The notes below the pieces were generated by a model that did no database searches, had not been told where the DNA came from, and was given only the letters and a program-made list of their open reading frames with translations. The position numbers and the translations under genes were made by a program. A DNA stretch of 64,000 bases from NCBI GenBank assembly GCA_028534125.1, contig CM052816.1, positions 31,684,001 to 31,748,000 on the forward strand, in the 5' to 3' direction. The stretch comes from Lama glama (taxonomy: Eukaryota). Positions within the stretch are counted from its first letter, which is position 1. Every line of letters begins with the position of its first letter. This document shows positions 63,872 through 64,000 of this stretch, in pieces.

Positions 63872-64000
63872 GTCATTAGTTAGGATGCTTTTGGTTCCAA
63901 ATAATGTGGTAGCCTAACTCAAAACAGATTAAGCAAAAAGGTAGTTTACTGGCTCACATAACTGAAAAGTCACTCAGGTAAAGCTTGATTTAGTAGCTCA
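63872..64000 (-). mobile_element. Old MaLR LTR (MLT1J/K-like), cut by the window edge
   Basis: agttaggatgcttttggtt...tttactggctcacataactgaaaagtc. Confidence 0.7.

Noticed and set aside
1..64000. CRISPR arrays, tRNA/rRNA genes, prokaryotic systems, CpG-island promoter
   Set aside because: None seen; the sequence is CpG-depleted mammalian DNA.

Overview
Repeat-rich mammalian genomic DNA, intronic or intergenic, with no CpG island and no intact recognisable protein-coding gene. It is most likely a camelid or other cetartiodactyl: the young L1 3' ends are cetartiodactyl-type and I see no Alu, Bov-A/BovB, PRE-1 or CHR SINEs (inference). The one gene-derived feature I recognise is a decayed processed pseudogene of UBE2C (+, about 56686-57395). 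The rest is L1 of several ages, L2, MIR, HAL1, ERV/MaLR solo LTRs, Tigger and hAT MITEs, microsatellites and a 500-N gap. Best structural findings: (1) a young L1 with a ~370-bp 3' transduction bounded by a perfect 17-bp TSD, polyadenylated at a signal borrowed from an older L1; (2) a ~520-bp inversion that split a MER58A MITE inside an old L1; (3) the UBE2C retrocopy's indels repeatedly restore the reading frame while the catalytic Cys is lost; (4) a recursive-splice-like site and several candidate exons on the minus strand. Repeat subfamily names are from recalled consensus sequences, not a database search, and old-repeat boundaries are approximate. I found no evidence for a wholly new biological system.
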